Shown here piece by piece: positions 1-15,000 of a DNA stretch of 64,000 nt. Source of the DNA: Patescibacteria group bacterium (GTDB taxonomy: Bacteria; Patescibacteriota; Patescibacteriia; UBA9934). The stretch covers positions 1,058-65,057 of the forward strand of contig JAGORL010000003.1 of the NCBI GenBank assembly GCA_018062825.1. Reading direction: 5' to 3'. The position numbers and the translations under genes are program-made. Position 1 is the first letter of the stretch; every line of letters begins with the position of its first letter. Under the pieces are notes generated by a model. That model had not been told where the DNA came from and ran no database searches. It worked only from the letters and a program-made list of their open reading frames with translations.

Positions 1-3000
1 TAGTGGAGTTGTAGCGATACATTCGATCACGAATGAAGTCGATTGCGTACATACCCGTACCTGACGACCCGTTTGTACCAACGTAGACAACGCCATTAAA
101 CGCTGCAACGCCTGATGGATCATTGTTTGTGTTTGCACCAAGAGCGTAGGTGCCATCTTGCGTAAAGCGCATCCAGAGCTCGTGTGAGTTTGCGTCGATA
201 ATGTATAGCTCGGAATCGGTGGTTGCGATAATGGCAATTTGTGGGAATTGACTCTTTCCACAGCGATCATCAGTTAAAACACAGTCATCATCATCGCCGT
301 CATCTTTTGCTTCTGTGTACCAGCTGGTAACTTGCGCCTTTGATGATTTTGTCCAATCTCCCGCGTCACTATCTTTTGTCGTGTCGTAAATAATAATATC
401 GTTGATGCCTGTAATTCCCTTTTCGATCACGTATCCCTTCAAGTCAATGTCGCCATGGACATTGATATTGCCACGATCGGTCTCACTTCCGACCTCAAGT
501 AAATCCGTTGGTGCTGCATTATTGATACCGACACTTCCTCCGGAGAAAAGGGCTGCATACTCAGTACCTGATCCAGAGCCAGCCTCGACCTTCAAACCAA
601 CGCTCGTGACATTACTTAATGATCCGGTGCCACCAGAAACATTTAAGCCATTCCAAGTACAGGCACCTGTTGTACAGGCGGTGAGCGTAGGGGTATCGAT
701 ATTGATACCGTTGATGGTCTTTGTACCGGCTCCTGAGGTGTTAATGGTCGACTCGATATCAAGACCACTAGTAACGCCATCATTGTTGGCATTTGTGGAG
801 GCATCGGTGAAGGTGATCTTCATGGCCTGGCCAACTTCACTAGCTGCGGTATGCACAAACGTTGCACCGCCAACCTGCATGATCGTTCCGGAGGTCATAG
901 CCGTGCCGCCGGTTACCGAAAGACCGGTTGTTGAAGTAATCGTTGACCAATCAAGGCTCTGCACCGTGGCGCCCATGGCAATTGCCCCGTTTCCTGATGG
1001 ATCGTTAATCGTATCCCAAGCAGCTGAACCACCGGAGATATCTGAGAGGAAGGCGACCGTACCGGAAGCATTCTGGAAGGTGATAGTGCGGTCAGCGGTT
1101 GGGTCTGTGATTGCGAAGGTGGTTTCATTCGCATCAGAAGTCACACCTTCGAATACGAATGGTGAAGCGCCTTGAATGCCGGCGTTGAGGGTGAAGGTAT
1201 CGGTAGCTGTATCGTTACCAAGGATAGTGCTGCCGTCGGTTGTCACTGAACCAAGACCCGTGACGTCGCCCGTGACTGAGATGTCCCAATCTGAAGAATC
1301 GATAGCAATCGTGTCACCATTGTCACCAAGCACTATCTGGCCATTGGCAGTAAGCGTCGAACCGTTCGCGATCGTCGTACTACCGTTCAAAGAAATCGCT
1401 CCGGTACCGGTTGAAAATGCTGCGGATCCCGTTTGTGTAAACGTGCCATCCATCGTTAAGGATCCGATGCCGGTTACATCACCGATCGCTGAGATGTCCC
1501 AGTCTGAAGAATTGATCGCAACGGTGTCGCCATTGTCACCGAGAGTTACGGTGCCGTTCGCTACGAATGCTGAACCGCTTGCAACGGTAGTTGCGCCGTT
1601 AAGCGAGATCGCTCCGGTACCGGTTGAGAAGGTAGTAGCGCCGGACTGGGTGAGGTTACCGTCCATGGTAATTGCACCGATACCGGTCAAGGCACCTGAT
1701 AGGGAGATATCCCAATCAGCGGTATTGATCGACGCAGTATCCGAGCCGTCACCAAGGGTAAAGTTATCTTGCACTGTAACGTTTCCAATGAATGTGAAAT
1801 CTGGAGTTGTGGCCGCAGTACCAAAGACTATAGCCTCTGCGCCATTGGTGGTATTGATGTTAATATAGTTATTTGTTCCCTCTTGGATATCTAGGGCATT
1901 CGTAACATTGTCTGTCAGGTTAGGAGAGATGGTGTCCGTAAGGAAGGCAACGGTGCCGCTGGCGTTCTGGAAGGTGATGGTATTGTCGGCGGTCGGGTCT
2001 GTAATAGCGAAAGCTGTTTCGTTGGCATCGACGCTGGCACCCTCAAAGGTGAGCGGAGAGGCACCAAGGAATGTAGCGTTGATCGCAATCGTATCCGCGC
2101 TATTGCTACCGAGCACTGTATTGCCATCAACCGCGAGATCAGCGGTTGTGTAGATAGTTCCTCCACTTGAGATTTCCCAAGCTGGGGAAATAATCTCAAT
2201 CGCAGCAGTTGAACCATCAAGCGTTATGCTGCCGACTGCGTCAAAGCTACCACTCGCTGTTAACAAGCCGGTAACAGTGGTGGCTCCGGTACCCAAGAAT
2301 GTGTAGGTAGGGTTGGTTGTGGCATTACCGAAAGAGATGTTCTCTGAACTATTTGTAGTATTAATGTTGAAGTAATTATTTGTTCCCTCCTGGATATCTA
2401 GGGCGTTTGCGGTGTTATCGGTAAGCGTTGACGACAGGGTGTCTGTTAAGAAAGCTACCGTACCAGACGCATTCTGGAAGGTGATGGTGCGGTCAGCTGT
2501 CGGATCCGTGATTGCGAAGGTGGTCTCCGACGTGTCGGCCGTAGCACCCTCAAATACGAAAGGTGAGGCACCCTGAATACCGGCATTGAGGGTGAAGGTG
2601 TCAGTTGCGGAGTCGTTACCGAGCGTCGTGTTGCCGTCGGTCGTGACTGAACCGAGACCCGTTGCATCACCGGTAGCCGAAATGTCCCAATCGCTTGAGT
2701 TGATAGCCACCGTATCACCGTTGTCACCAAGCGTTACCTGGCCGTTCGCGACAAGAGCACCGTTTGTGGTCGTCGTACCAGTGACCGTCAAAGCACCAGC
2801 GAATGAGGTTGCGCCGGTACCAAGGAATGCAAATGTTGGGTTTGTCGTGGCGTTACCAAAGGAGATGTTCTCAGAAGCATTCGTCGTGTTGATGTTCAAG
2901 TAGTTGTTTGTTCCCTCTTGCAAGTCGTAGGCGTCAGCTGTGTTGTCGGTGAGGGATGAAGCGAGAATATCTGCCAAGAATGCCACCGTACCAGACGCAT

Positions 3001-6000
3001 TCTGGAAGGTGATGGTGCGGTCAGCTGTCGGATCCGTGATTGCGAAGGTGGTCTCCGACGTGTCGGCCGTAGCACCCTCAAATACGAAAGGTGAAGCACC
3101 CTGAATACCGGCATTGAGGGTGAAGGTGTCAGTTGCGGAGTCGTTACCGAGCGTCGTGTTGCCGTCGGTCGTGACTGAACCGAGACCCGTTGCATCACCG
3201 GTAGCCGAAATGTCCCAATCGCTTGAGTTGATAGCTACCGTGTCACCGTTGTCGCCGAGCGTTACCTGACCGTTCGCAACAAGAGCGCCATTAGTCGTGG
3301 TGGTACCCGTAACAGTTACCGTGCTGCCAGCGGTTACTGCGCCGTTAAGCGATACTGCACCCGTGCCGGTAGCGAATGTGGTAGCACCTGACTGGGTGAA
3401 GTTACCATCGAGGGCGATAGAACCGAGACCAGTAGCGTCGCCAGTTGCTGAAATGTCCCAGTCTGACGAGTTGATAGCGACCGTCGAAGAACCGTTGCCA
3501 AGCGTTGTCGCTCCGGTTGAGCTTAGGGTTGTGAAAGCACCGGTTGAAGCAGAGCTTGCGCCGATTGCCGTGCCGTCGATATTTCCTCCGTTGATATCAA
3601 CTGTTGTTGCAGTAAGAGTTCCGGAGTCGGTGAGTTCACCGAGTGTGATTCCGCCATCGAGAACGTTGAGCTCTGCTCCTGAAATGAGAATGCCCTGATT
3701 TTCAATAATGTTAACAAACGTACCCCCTGCGTCAATAATTCTGATAGCTGTGCCAACGGCGTCATCGGTGTCAGAATTATCTAACGTAAGCAAGGAATCA
3801 ACACCTTCGGTAGAAGCAGCGTTATCGACATACAATGCAGACTGCTGTGTGGTTGCACTACCGGTATCACTACCCACTGCCTCGATATGTACACCTCTTT
3901 CTGCAACGCCATTTGTCATGGTGCGAGCAAAAGTAATCGTTCTACCAGCAGCACCCGTCACCGTGAAAACCCCATCCAACGTGCCGCTGTCTGTAATCTT
4001 GTCAAAATTTATTGTGTCATTTGTTAGATCGGCGTTATCAATGTTGGTAATTGAATTACCGCTTCCGTTGGCATCAAAGGCTACACCGGTGATCGTGCCG
4101 GTAGCATCAATATCCCAATCACTGGAGTTGATAGCCACCGTGTCACCATTGTCCCCGAGCGTTACCTGACCGTTCGCGACAAGAGCACCATTAGTCGTAG
4201 TGGTACCTGTAACAGTTACCGTGCTACCAGCGGTTACTGCACCGTTAAGTGATACTGCACCCGTGCCGGTAGCAAATGTCGTTGCGCCAGACTGGGTGAA
4301 GTTACCATCAAGCGCGATAGAACCAAGACCAGAGGCATCACCGGTAGCAGAGATGTCCCAGTCTGACGAGTTGATAGCAACAGTATCGCCACCGTCACCA
4401 AGCGTGACCTGACCGTTAGCAGCAAGAGCGCCATTGGTGGTGGTCGTGCCAGTGACTGTTAACGCACCAGCGAATGAGGTTGCGCCGGTACCAAGGAAGG
4501 CGAAAGTAGGATTCGTGGTTGCGTTACCAAACGAGATGTTCTCCGAGGCATTGGTCGTATTAATGTTCAAGTAGTTGTTTGTTCCCTCTTGAAGATCGTA
4601 GGCGTCAGCTGTGTTGTCGGTGAGTGATGAAGCAAGGATGTCGGCCAAGAAAGCGACCGTACCAGAAGCATTTTGGAAGGTGATCGTGCGGTCAGCTGTC
4701 GGGTCTGTGATAGCGAAGGTGGCCTCCGACGTGTCGGCCGTAGCACCCTCAAATACGAAAGGTGAGGCACCTTGAATGCCGGCGTTGAGGGTGAAGGTGT
4801 CAGTTGCGGAGTCGTTACCAAGGGTGGTGTTACCATCCGTTGTTACTGCGCCGAGGCCAGTGACGTCGCCGGTAGCGGAGATGTCCCAATCTGAGGAGTT
4901 GATAGCAACCGTATCTCCATTGTCACCAAGTGTCACAGCGCCATTAGCGACAAGAGCGCCGTTCGTGGTCGTCGTACCGGTCACCGTTACTGTGCTACCA
5001 GCTGTTACCGCACCGTTCAAGGAAACTGCACCGGTACCGGTAGCAAAAGTGGTGGCACCTGACTGAGTGAAGTTGCCATCAAGGGCGATCGAGCCGAGAC
5101 CAGAAGCGTCGCCAGTTGCTGAAATGTCCCAGTCTGACGAGTTGATAGCAACCGTATCGCCGCCATCGCCGAGGGTAACCTGACCGTTTGCGGCAAGAGC
5201 ACCATTGGTGGTGGTCGTGCCGGTGACTGTTAACGCACCAGCGAATGAGGTTGCGCCGGTACCGAGGAAGGCGAAACTTGGGTTCGTGGTGGCGTTACCA
5301 AAGGAGATGTTCTCACTGGCGTTTGTCGTGTTGATGTTCAAGTAGTTGTTTGTTCCCTCTTGAAGATCATAGGCATCTGTCGTGTTGTCGGTTAAATCTG
5401 TACCAGCAATGTCAGTAAGGAAAGCGACGGTTCCGCTCGCGTCCTGGAAGGTAATCGTACGGTCAGCGGTTGGATCTGTGATGGCAAAGGTGGTCTCCGA
5501 CGTGTCGGCTGTTGCGCCCTCAAACGTGAATGGCGAAGCGCCCTGAACGGTGGCGTCCAAGGTGAAAGTATCTGTAGCTGCATCACCGATTGTAGCGTTG
5601 CCATCGGTTGTGATAGCACCAATACCTGTAACATCACCTGTTGCGGAAATGTCCCAGTCGCTGGAGTTGATTGCTACCGTGTCACCGTTGTCGCCGAGCG
5701 TTACCTGACCGTTTGCGGCAAGAGCACCGTTCGTGGTCGTGGTACCGGTGACAGTTACCGTGCTGCCAGCGGTTACTGCGCCGTTAAGCGACACCGCTCC
5801 CGTGCCGGTAGCGAATGTGGTAGCACCTGACTGGGTGAAGTTACCATCGAGGGCGATAGAACCGAGACCAGTAGCGTCGCCAGTTGCTGAAATGTCCCAG
5901 TCTGACGAGTTGATAGCAACCGTCGAAGAACCGTTGCCAAGCGTTGTCGCTCCGGTTGAGCTTAGGGTTGTGAAAGCACCGGTTGAAGCAGAGCTTGCGC

Positions 6001-9000
6001 CGATTGCCGTGCCGTCGATATTTCCTCCGTTGATATCAACTGTTGTTGCAGTCAGCGTTCCGGAGTCGGTGAGTTCACCGAGTGTGATTCCGCCATCGAG
6101 AACGTTGAGCTCTGCTCCTGAAATGAGAATGCCAGCGTTATCAAAGATGTTCACGAGTGTTCCACCGGCATCCACGATTTTGATAGCAGCTCCAACTGAA
6201 TCATCAGTGTCTGAGTTATCAAGTACCACAAAGGCATCCAAGCCTTCCGTAGAGGCTACGTTATCGATATAGAGACCGAATTGGTTGGTGGTTCCTGATC
6301 CTGTATCACTTGCGGTTACACCAAGAGTAAAACCATTCTCAGTGGTGTTGTTGGTGAGCAACCTATTGATGGTGATCGTTTCACCCGCGGTACCAATCAG
6401 GCTCAAAGCACTATCCAGCGCCATTGCATCAGCAAATTCAGTAAAATCGAATTCGTCATTTGCTATATCTGATGCTTGAATGGTGCCAGCAGCGATATCT
6501 GCACTAACGATTGTGCTATTCACAATGTCCGCACTTTCGATGTTCGTAATTGAGTTGCCAGCGCCATTAGCATCAAAGGCTACTCCTGTTATCGCGCCCG
6601 TAGCATCAATATCCCAATCACTTGAGTTGATTGCAACAGTATCTCCATTGTCGCCGAGAGTGACTGCGCCGTTTGCGACAAATGCAGAACCGTTTGCAAC
6701 GGTCGTTGCACCGTTAAGTGATACTGCACCCGTGCCGGTTGCAAATGTCGTTGCGCCAGACTGAGTGAAGTTACCGTCGAGAGCAATGGAACCAAGGCCA
6801 GAGGCGTCACCAGTTGCGGAGATGTCCCAATCCGAGGAATTGATGGCAACCGTGTCGCCACCGTCACCAAGCGTGACCTGACCGTTAGCAGCAAGAGCGC
6901 CATTGGTGGTGGTCGTGCCTGTGACCGTCAAAGCACCAGCGAATGAAGTGGCGCCGGTACCAAGGAATGCGAAGGTTGGATTGGTCGTGGCGTTACCGAA
7001 TGAGATGTTCTCAGAAGCATTCGTCGTGTTGATGTTCAAGTAGTTATTGCTTCCCTCTTGAAGATCGTAAGCGTCAGCTGTGTTATCGGTGAGGGATGAA
7101 GCAAGAATATCTGCCAAGAAAGCGACGGTGCCAGAAGCATTCTGGAAAGTGATTGTACGGTCAGCTGTCGGGTCTGTGATGGCAAATGTCGTTTCTGAGG
7201 TGTCGGCAGTTGCACCCTCAAATACGAAAGGTGAGGCACCTTGAATGCCGGCGTTGAGGGTGAAGGTGTCGGTGGCTGTGTCGTTACCAAGAGTCGTATT
7301 ACCGTCGGTTGTGACTGCGCCAAGACCTGTAACATCACCTGTTGCTGAGATGTCCCAATCTGAAGAGTTGATTGCAACAGTATCTCCGTTGTCGCCGAGT
7401 GTGACGGTGCCGTTTGCGACAAATGCAGAACCATTCGCAACGGTTGTTGCGCCGTTAAGTGACACCGCGCCTGTACCAGTTGATAGATCTACAGCCCCCA
7501 GTTGAATGATATCGCCAGCAATTGAAGCTGGCCCTTGCAGATCTAGCTCTTGAAGATCGAATATTCCCGAACTTGAATAATTTACTCCTGAGCCCAAAAT
7601 TTCTATTGCAGCTGATGGGTTGCCGATAAATATGTCGCCAGTCGATGTGCCGGCACCGATGAAAACACTCGCGCTACCGTCATTATTAATGTTGACGTCA
7701 CTACCTGAAATCGTTGCCCCGGCGGTAGCTGTCAACAGACCGTTCATGGAAATAGTACCGATTCCGGTCAAGTCACCTGTTGCTGAAATGTCCCAATCTG
7801 ATGAGTTGATAGCCACCGTATCGCCACCGTCACCAAGAGTTACGGCGCCGTTGGCAACGAATGCTGAACCGTTCGCAACCGTAGTTGGACCATTAAGTGA
7901 TACCGTGCCAGTACCAGTCGAGAATGTCGTAGCACCAGACTGGGTGAAATTACCATCAAGCGCGATCGAGCCGAGACCAGAAGCATCACCGGTTGCGGAG
8001 ATGTCCCAATCGCTGGAGTTAATAGCGACTGTATCGCCACCGTCACCAAGCGTGACCTGACCGTTAGCAGCAAGAGCGCCATTGGTGGTCGTAGTGCCGG
8101 TGACCGTCAACGCACCAGCGAATGAAGTTGCGCCGGTACCAAGGAATGCGAAAGTAGGATTCGTGGTGGCGTTACCAAAGGAGATGTTCTCAGAAGCATT
8201 CGTCGTGTTGATGTTGAGGTAATTATTGCTTCCCTCTTGCAAGTCGTAAGCGTTGGCCGTGTTGTCGGTGAGGGATGAAGCGAGGATGTCGGCCAAGAAA
8301 GCGACGGTGCCAGAAGCGTTCTGGAAGGTGATGGTGCGATCTGCGGTAGGATCCGTGATCGCGAAGGTGGTCTCTGACGTGTCGGCTGTTGCACCTTCGA
8401 ATACGAAAGGTGAAGCACCTTGAATGCCGGCATTGAGGGTGAAGGTGTCGGTAGCTGCGTCGTTACCAAGGGTGGTGTTACCGTCGGTTGTGACTGCACC
8501 AAGACCGGTTACATCACCTGTTGCTGAGATGTCCCAATCGCTTGAGTTGATAGCGACCGTGTCACCGTTGTCGCCGAGCGTTACTTGGCCGTTTGCTGCA
8601 AGAGCGCCGTTTGTGGTCGTCGTACCAGTGACTGTTACTGTGCTACCAGCTGTTACCGCACCGTTCAAGGAAACCGCGCCAGTACCGGTAGCGAAGGTGG
8701 TTGCACCGGACTGGGTGAAGTTACCATCAAGCGCGATCGAACCAAGACCGGAAGCGTCACCTGTTGCTGAAATATCCCAGTCTGAAGAATTGATGGCAAC
8801 CGTATCGCCGCCGTCACCGAGCGTGACCTGGCCATTTGCCGCAAGAGCACCGTTCGTAGTCGTGGTACCCGTGACCGTCAAAGCACCAGCGAATGAGGTT
8901 GCGCCGGTACCAAGGAATGCGAAAGTAGGATTCGTGGTGGCGTTACCAAAGGAGATGTTCTCAGAAGCATTCGTCGTGTTGATGTTGAGGTAATTATTGC

Positions 9001-12000
9001 TTCCCTCTTGCAAGTCGTAAGCGTTGGCCGTGTTGTCGGTGAGGGATGAAGCGAGGATGTCGGCCAAGAAAGCGACGGTGCCAGAAGCGTTCTGGAAGGT
9101 GATGGTGCGATCTGCGGTAGGATCCGTGATTGCGAAGGTGGTTTCTGAGGTGTCGGCAGTTGCACCCTCAAATACGAAAGGTGAGGCACCTTGAATGCCG
9201 GCGTTTAACGTGAAGGTGTCAGTTGCGGAGTCGTTACCGAGCGTGGTGTTGCCATCCGTTGTTAGTGCACCGAGGCCAGTGACGTCGCCGGTAGCGGAGA
9301 TGTCCCAATCTGAAGAGTTGATAGCAACTGTATCTCCGTTGTCACCGAGGGTGACAGTGCCGTTCGCGACAAGAGCGCCATTAGTCGTGGTGGTACCTGT
9401 AACAGTTACCGTGCTGCCAGCGGTTACTGCACCGTTAAGTGATACTGCACCCGTACCGGTTGCAAATGTCGTTGCGCCAGACTGAGTGAAGTTGCCATCG
9501 AGTGCGATCGAACCAAGACCAGAGGCGTCACCAGTTGCGGAGATGTCCCAATCCGAGGAATTGATGGCAACCGTGTCGCCACCGTCACCCAAAGTAACGG
9601 TGCCATTAGCAGTAAGAGCACCGTTCGTGGTCGTGGTACCAGTGACCGTCAAAGCACCAGCAAACGAAGTTGCACCGGTACCGAGGAAGGCGAAACTTGG
9701 GTTCGTGGTGGCGTTACCAAAGGAGATGTTCTCAGAAGCATTCGTCGTGTTGATGTTCAAGTAGTTATTGCTTCCCTCTTGAAGATCGTAGGCGTTAGCT
9801 GTGTTGTCGGTGAGGGATGAAGCAAGGATGTCTGCCAAGAAAGCGACGGTGCCGCTGGCGTTCTGGAAGGTGATGGTGCGGTCAGCTGTCGGATCCGTGA
9901 TGGCGAAGGTGGTCTCTGACGTGTCGGCCGTAGCACCCTCAAATACAAAAGGTGAAGCACCTTGAATACCGGCGTTTAACGTGAAGGTGTCAGTTGCAGA
10001 ATCGTTACCAAGGGTGGTGTTGCCGTCGGTTGTGACTGAACCGAGACCCGTTGCATCACCGGTAGCCGAAATGTCCCAATCGCTCGAGTTAACTGCGACC
10101 GTGTCACCGTTGTCGCCAAGTGTCACAGCACCATTAGTGACAAGAGCGCCGTTTGTGGTCGTCGTACCAGTGACTGTTACCGTGCTGCCAGCGGTTACCG
10201 CACCGTTAAGTGATACTGCGCCAGTACCAGTCGAGAATGTCGTAGCACCAGACTGGGTGAAGTTGCCATCGAGGGCGATGGAACCAAGACCGGAAGCGTC
10301 GCCGGTTGCTGAAATGTCCCAATCGCTGGAGTTGATAGCAACTGTGTCACCACCGTCACCAAGCGTGACCTGACCGTTAGCAGCAAGAGCACCATTTGTT
10401 GTTGTGGTGCCGGTGACTGTTAGCGCACCTGCCATCGACGTCAAACCGGAACCTAAGAATGCAAACGTTGGGTTTGTCGTGGCGTTACCAAAAGAGATGT
10501 TCTCGGAAGCATCGGTTGTGTTGATGTTCAAGTAGTTATTACTTCCCTCTTGCAAGTCGTAAGCGTTGGCCGTGTTGTCGGTGAGTGATGAAGCGAGGAT
10601 GTCTGCCAAGAATGCCACCGTACCAGAAGCGTTCTGGAAGGTGATGGTGCGATCTGCAGTTGGATCTGTGATTGCGAAGGTGGTTTCTGAGGTGTCGGCA
10701 GTTGCACCCTCAAATACGAAAGGTGAGGCACCTTGAATGCCGGCGTTGAGGGTGAAGGTGTCGGTTGCGGAGTCGTTACCGAGCGTGGTGTTGCCGTCCG
10801 TGGTGACTGCGCCAAGACCTGTGACGTCGCCGGTTGCGGAGATGTCCCAGTCGGAAGAGTTGATAGCAACCGTATCTCCATTGTCACCAAGTGTCACAGC
10901 GCCATTAGCGACAAGAGCACCGTTCGTGGTCGTCGTACCAGTGACCGTTACTGTGCTGCCAGCGGTTACGGCACCGTTAAGCGATACTGCACCAGTACCG
11001 GTAGCGAATGTGGTGGCACCTGACTGAGTGAAGTTGCCATCAAGGGCGATAGAGCCGAGACCAGAGGCGTCACCTGTTGCTGAAATATCCCAGTCTGAAG
11101 AATTGATAGCGACCGTATCGCCGCCGTCACCGAGAGTGACCTGACCGTTTGCCGCAAGAGCACCGTTCGTGGTTGTGGTGCCGGTGACGGTTAAGGTAGT
11201 AAGCGCACTTAATGCACCACTTACTGCGAGGGTTCCTGAGATTGTTTGATTGCCGGTTAATGTGAGTTCTGCTGCAGTGACATCTAAGTTACCGGATGCG
11301 TCAGCGGCGAGCGTGACATCTGTACCGCCGGAAGAGTAGAGGGTAACAAGACCATTTGCTGCCGCATCTGTACCAACGTACAGAGCAGCTGCTGACTCGT
11401 CGAAGTAGAGTGAAGCGCCAGCAATCGTGGTGTCGCCGATGACGAAATCGTCAGTTGTTGAGGTGAGGTAGGTGAAAGCACCGGCGTCTGTCCACTTGGA
11501 AGAACCAGCGGCAAGGCCAGTGATAACGGTATCTAAGTCATCTAAGACATCCTGAACATTGCCACTGCTGGAGTTGTCGAACTCGTCGAAGGTGCCAACA
11601 AGTGAAGCACCAGAGTCCGCGTTACTTGTTCCAACGTCTGAGAGGTCGATTGCGCCAATGGTAAGGGATGTAACGGTAGCGTCACCACCAGAGGTAATTC
11701 CCCAGTCGGTCGAGTCGATAACAACAGCATTGGAACCGCTACCAATCGTTACCGTTCCGTTAGAGGTGCCGGTATTGATGTTAGTTGCGAAGTTGCTGCT
11801 AGCGTTCAAGTTGATGGCAGCACCAGAAAGCGCTGCACCAGCAGTGCCGGTCAACAAACCATCCATGGTGATCGTTCCAATACCAGAAGCGTTACCGGTT
11901 GCGGAGATGTCCCAGTCTGAAGAGTTGATAGCAACCGTATCGCCACCATCACCAAGCGTGACCTGACCGTTTGCGGCAAGAGCACCGTTCGTAGTCGTGG

Positions 12001-15000
12001 TACCCGTGACCGTCAAAGCACCAGCGAATGAGGTTGCGCCGGTACCAAGGAAGGCGAAACTTGGGTTCGTGGTTGAGTTACCAAAGGAGATGTTCTCACT
12101 CGCATTGGTCGTATTAATGTTCAAGTAGTTATTACTTCCCTCTTGAAGATCGTAGGCGTCAGCTGTGTTGTCGGTGAGGGATGAGGCGAGGATGTCAGCA
12201 AGGAAGGCAACGGTGCCGCTGGCGTTCTGGAAGGTGATGGTGCGGTCTGCGGTTGGGTCTGTAATGGCAAAGGTCGTTTCTGAGGTGTCGGCGGTTGCAC
12301 CTTCAAACGTGAATGGTGAAGCACCCTGAACAGTGGAGTTCAAGGTAAAGGTATCCGTAGCTGCGTCACCGATCGTAGCGTTGCCATCGGTTGTTACTGC
12401 GCCGAGGCCAGTGACGTCGCCGGTAGCGGAGATGTCCCAATCTGAGGAGTTGATAGCCACCGTGTCACCGTTGTCGCCGAGCGTTACCTGACCGTTCGCG
12501 ACAAGAGTACCGTTTGTGGTCGTCGTACCGGTCACTGTTACTGTGCTGCCAGCAGTTACGGCACCGTTCAAGGAGACTGCGCCAGTACCAGTAGCAAAAG
12601 TGGTAGCACCTGACTGAGTGAAGTTACCGTCAAGCGCGATCGAGCCGAGACCAGAAGCGTCGCCAGTTGCGGAGATGTCCCAATCCGAGGAATTGATGGC
12701 AACCGTGTCGCCACCGTCACCCAAAGTAACGGTGCCATTAGCAGTAAGAGCACCGTTCGTGGTCGTGGTACCAGTGACCGTCAAAGCACCAGCGAACGAG
12801 GTTGCGCCGGTACCGAGGAATGCGAAGGTTGGATTGGTCGTGGCGTTACCAAAGGAGATGTTCTCGGAAGCATCAGTTGTGTTGATGTTCAAGTAGTTGT
12901 TGCTTCCCTCTTGAAGATCGTAGGCATCTGCTGTGTTGTCAGTGAGAGATGAGGCGAGGATGTCGGCCAAGAAAGCGACCGTACCAGAAGCGTTCTGGAA
13001 GGTGATCGTGCGGTCAGCTGTTGGATCTGTGATTGCGAAGGTGGTCTCTGAGGTGTCGGCCGTGGCACCCTCAAATACGAAAGGTGAGGCACCTTGAATG
13101 CCGGCATTGAGCGCGAAGGTATCAGTTGCAGAATCGTTACCAAGGGTGGTGTTACCGTCGGTCGTGACTGAACCGAGGCCAGTCACATCACCTGTTGCTG
13201 AGATGTCCCAATCTGAAGAGTTGATAGCTACCGTGCCAGAACCGCCACCAATAGAGACCGCTCCGTTAGAGGTGCCGGTATTGATGTTTGTCGCAAAGTT
13301 GCTGCTTGCATTCAAGTTGATAGCAGCACCAGAGAGTGTTGCGCCAGCCGTGCCGGTCAAAAGGCCGTCCATCGTAACTGCTCCAAGGCCGGTTGCGTCA
13401 CCCGTGGTCGAAATATCCCAATCTGAGGAGTTGATTGCAACCGTTTCTCCGTTGTCACCAAGCGCTACCTGACCATTTGCCGTTAGCGTACCCGCCAAAG
13501 TCAATCCACCACCGGAAGTGAAATCGGTTCCAGCGTCGCCAATGTTAACAATGAGGTTACTCAAGGCATCGATTGTGCCAGTGTCGCTAATTGTTAAACG
13601 AGTTACGCTATCGGTTTCAAAAGATAGTGCAAATGCATCATTAGTTCCAAGTACCGCCTCTGCTCCAAACGTATTTCCGTCCTGGATGAAAGCGGTTGCG
13701 CCCGTTACGCAGGTTGCACATGAGATGTCGCCTGCTGCGGAAAGGGAGATTGGTCCAGAAGCTGAAACTGCAAAGGTTCCGGAGGCGTTAGGAATGTTGA
13801 TTGTGCGATCAGCTGTCGGATCAACAACGGAAAGCGTTGTTTCATTCGTATCTGCCGTAGCGCCCTCAAAAGTGAACGGTGAAGCACCCTGAACGGTGGC
13901 GTTCAAGGTGAAAGTATCTGTAGCTGCGTCACCAATTGTAGCGTTGCCGTCGGTCGTGATAGCGCCGATACCTGTGACGTCGCCTGTTGCTGAGATGTCC
14001 CAATCTGAGGAGTTGATAGCAACCGTATCTCCATTGTCACCCAGTGTCACAGCGCCATTAGCGACAAGAGCGCCGTTTGTGGTCGTCGTACCGGTCACCG
14101 TTACTGTGCTGCCAGCTGTTACCGCGCCGTTAAGCGATACTGCACCGGTACCGGTAGCGAATGTGGTGGCTCCGGACTGAGTGAAGTTGCCATCAAGGGC
14201 GATAGAACCGAGACCGGAAGCATCACCGGTTGCGGAGATGTCCCAATCTGAAGAGTTGATCGCGACTGTATCGCCACCGTCACCAAGCGTGACCTGGCCA
14301 TTTGCGGCAAGAGAACCGTTTGTGGTCGTGGTACCAGTGACTGTTAGCGCACCCGCCATTGAGGTCAAACCGGAACCTAAGAACGCAAACGTTGGGTTTG
14401 TGGTGGCATTACCAAAGGAGATGTTCTCAGACGCATTCGTCGTGTTGATGTTCAAGTAGTTGTTTGTTCCCTCTTGGAGATCGTAGGCATCTGTCGTGTT
14501 GTCGGTGAGTGATGAGGCGAGGATGTCGGCCAAGAAAGCGACCGTACCAGAAGCGTTCTGGAAGGTGATCGTGCGGTCTGCGGTAGGATCCGTGATCGCG
14601 AAGGTGGTCTCTGAAGTGTCGGCCGTAGCGCCCTCAAACGTGAATGGCGAAGCACCCTGAACAGTGGAGTTCAAGGTGAAAGTATCCGTAGCTGCGTCAC
14701 CGATCGTAGCGTTGCCGTCCGTTGTTACTGCACCAAGACCTGTGACGTCGCCGGTAGCGGAGATGTCCCAATCTGAGGAGTTGATAGCCACGGTATCACC
14801 GTTGTCACCAAGTGTTACCTGACCGTTCGCGACAAGAGCGCCATTTGTGGTCGTCGTACCGGTCACCGTTACTGTGCTACCAGCTGTTACCGCACCGTTC
14901 AAGGAAACTGCACCGGTACCGGTAGCAAACGTGGTGGCACCTGACTGAGTAAAGTTACCATCGAGTGCGATTGAACCGAGACCGGAAGCGTCGCCAGTTG

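Noticed and set aside
8585-8770. Short Cys-rich plus-strand ORFs (e.g. [19 protein letters not shown]..; similar ones at 10733 and 17783)
   Set aside because: They are shadow frames inside the giant gene, and recur only because the underlying DNA repeats.
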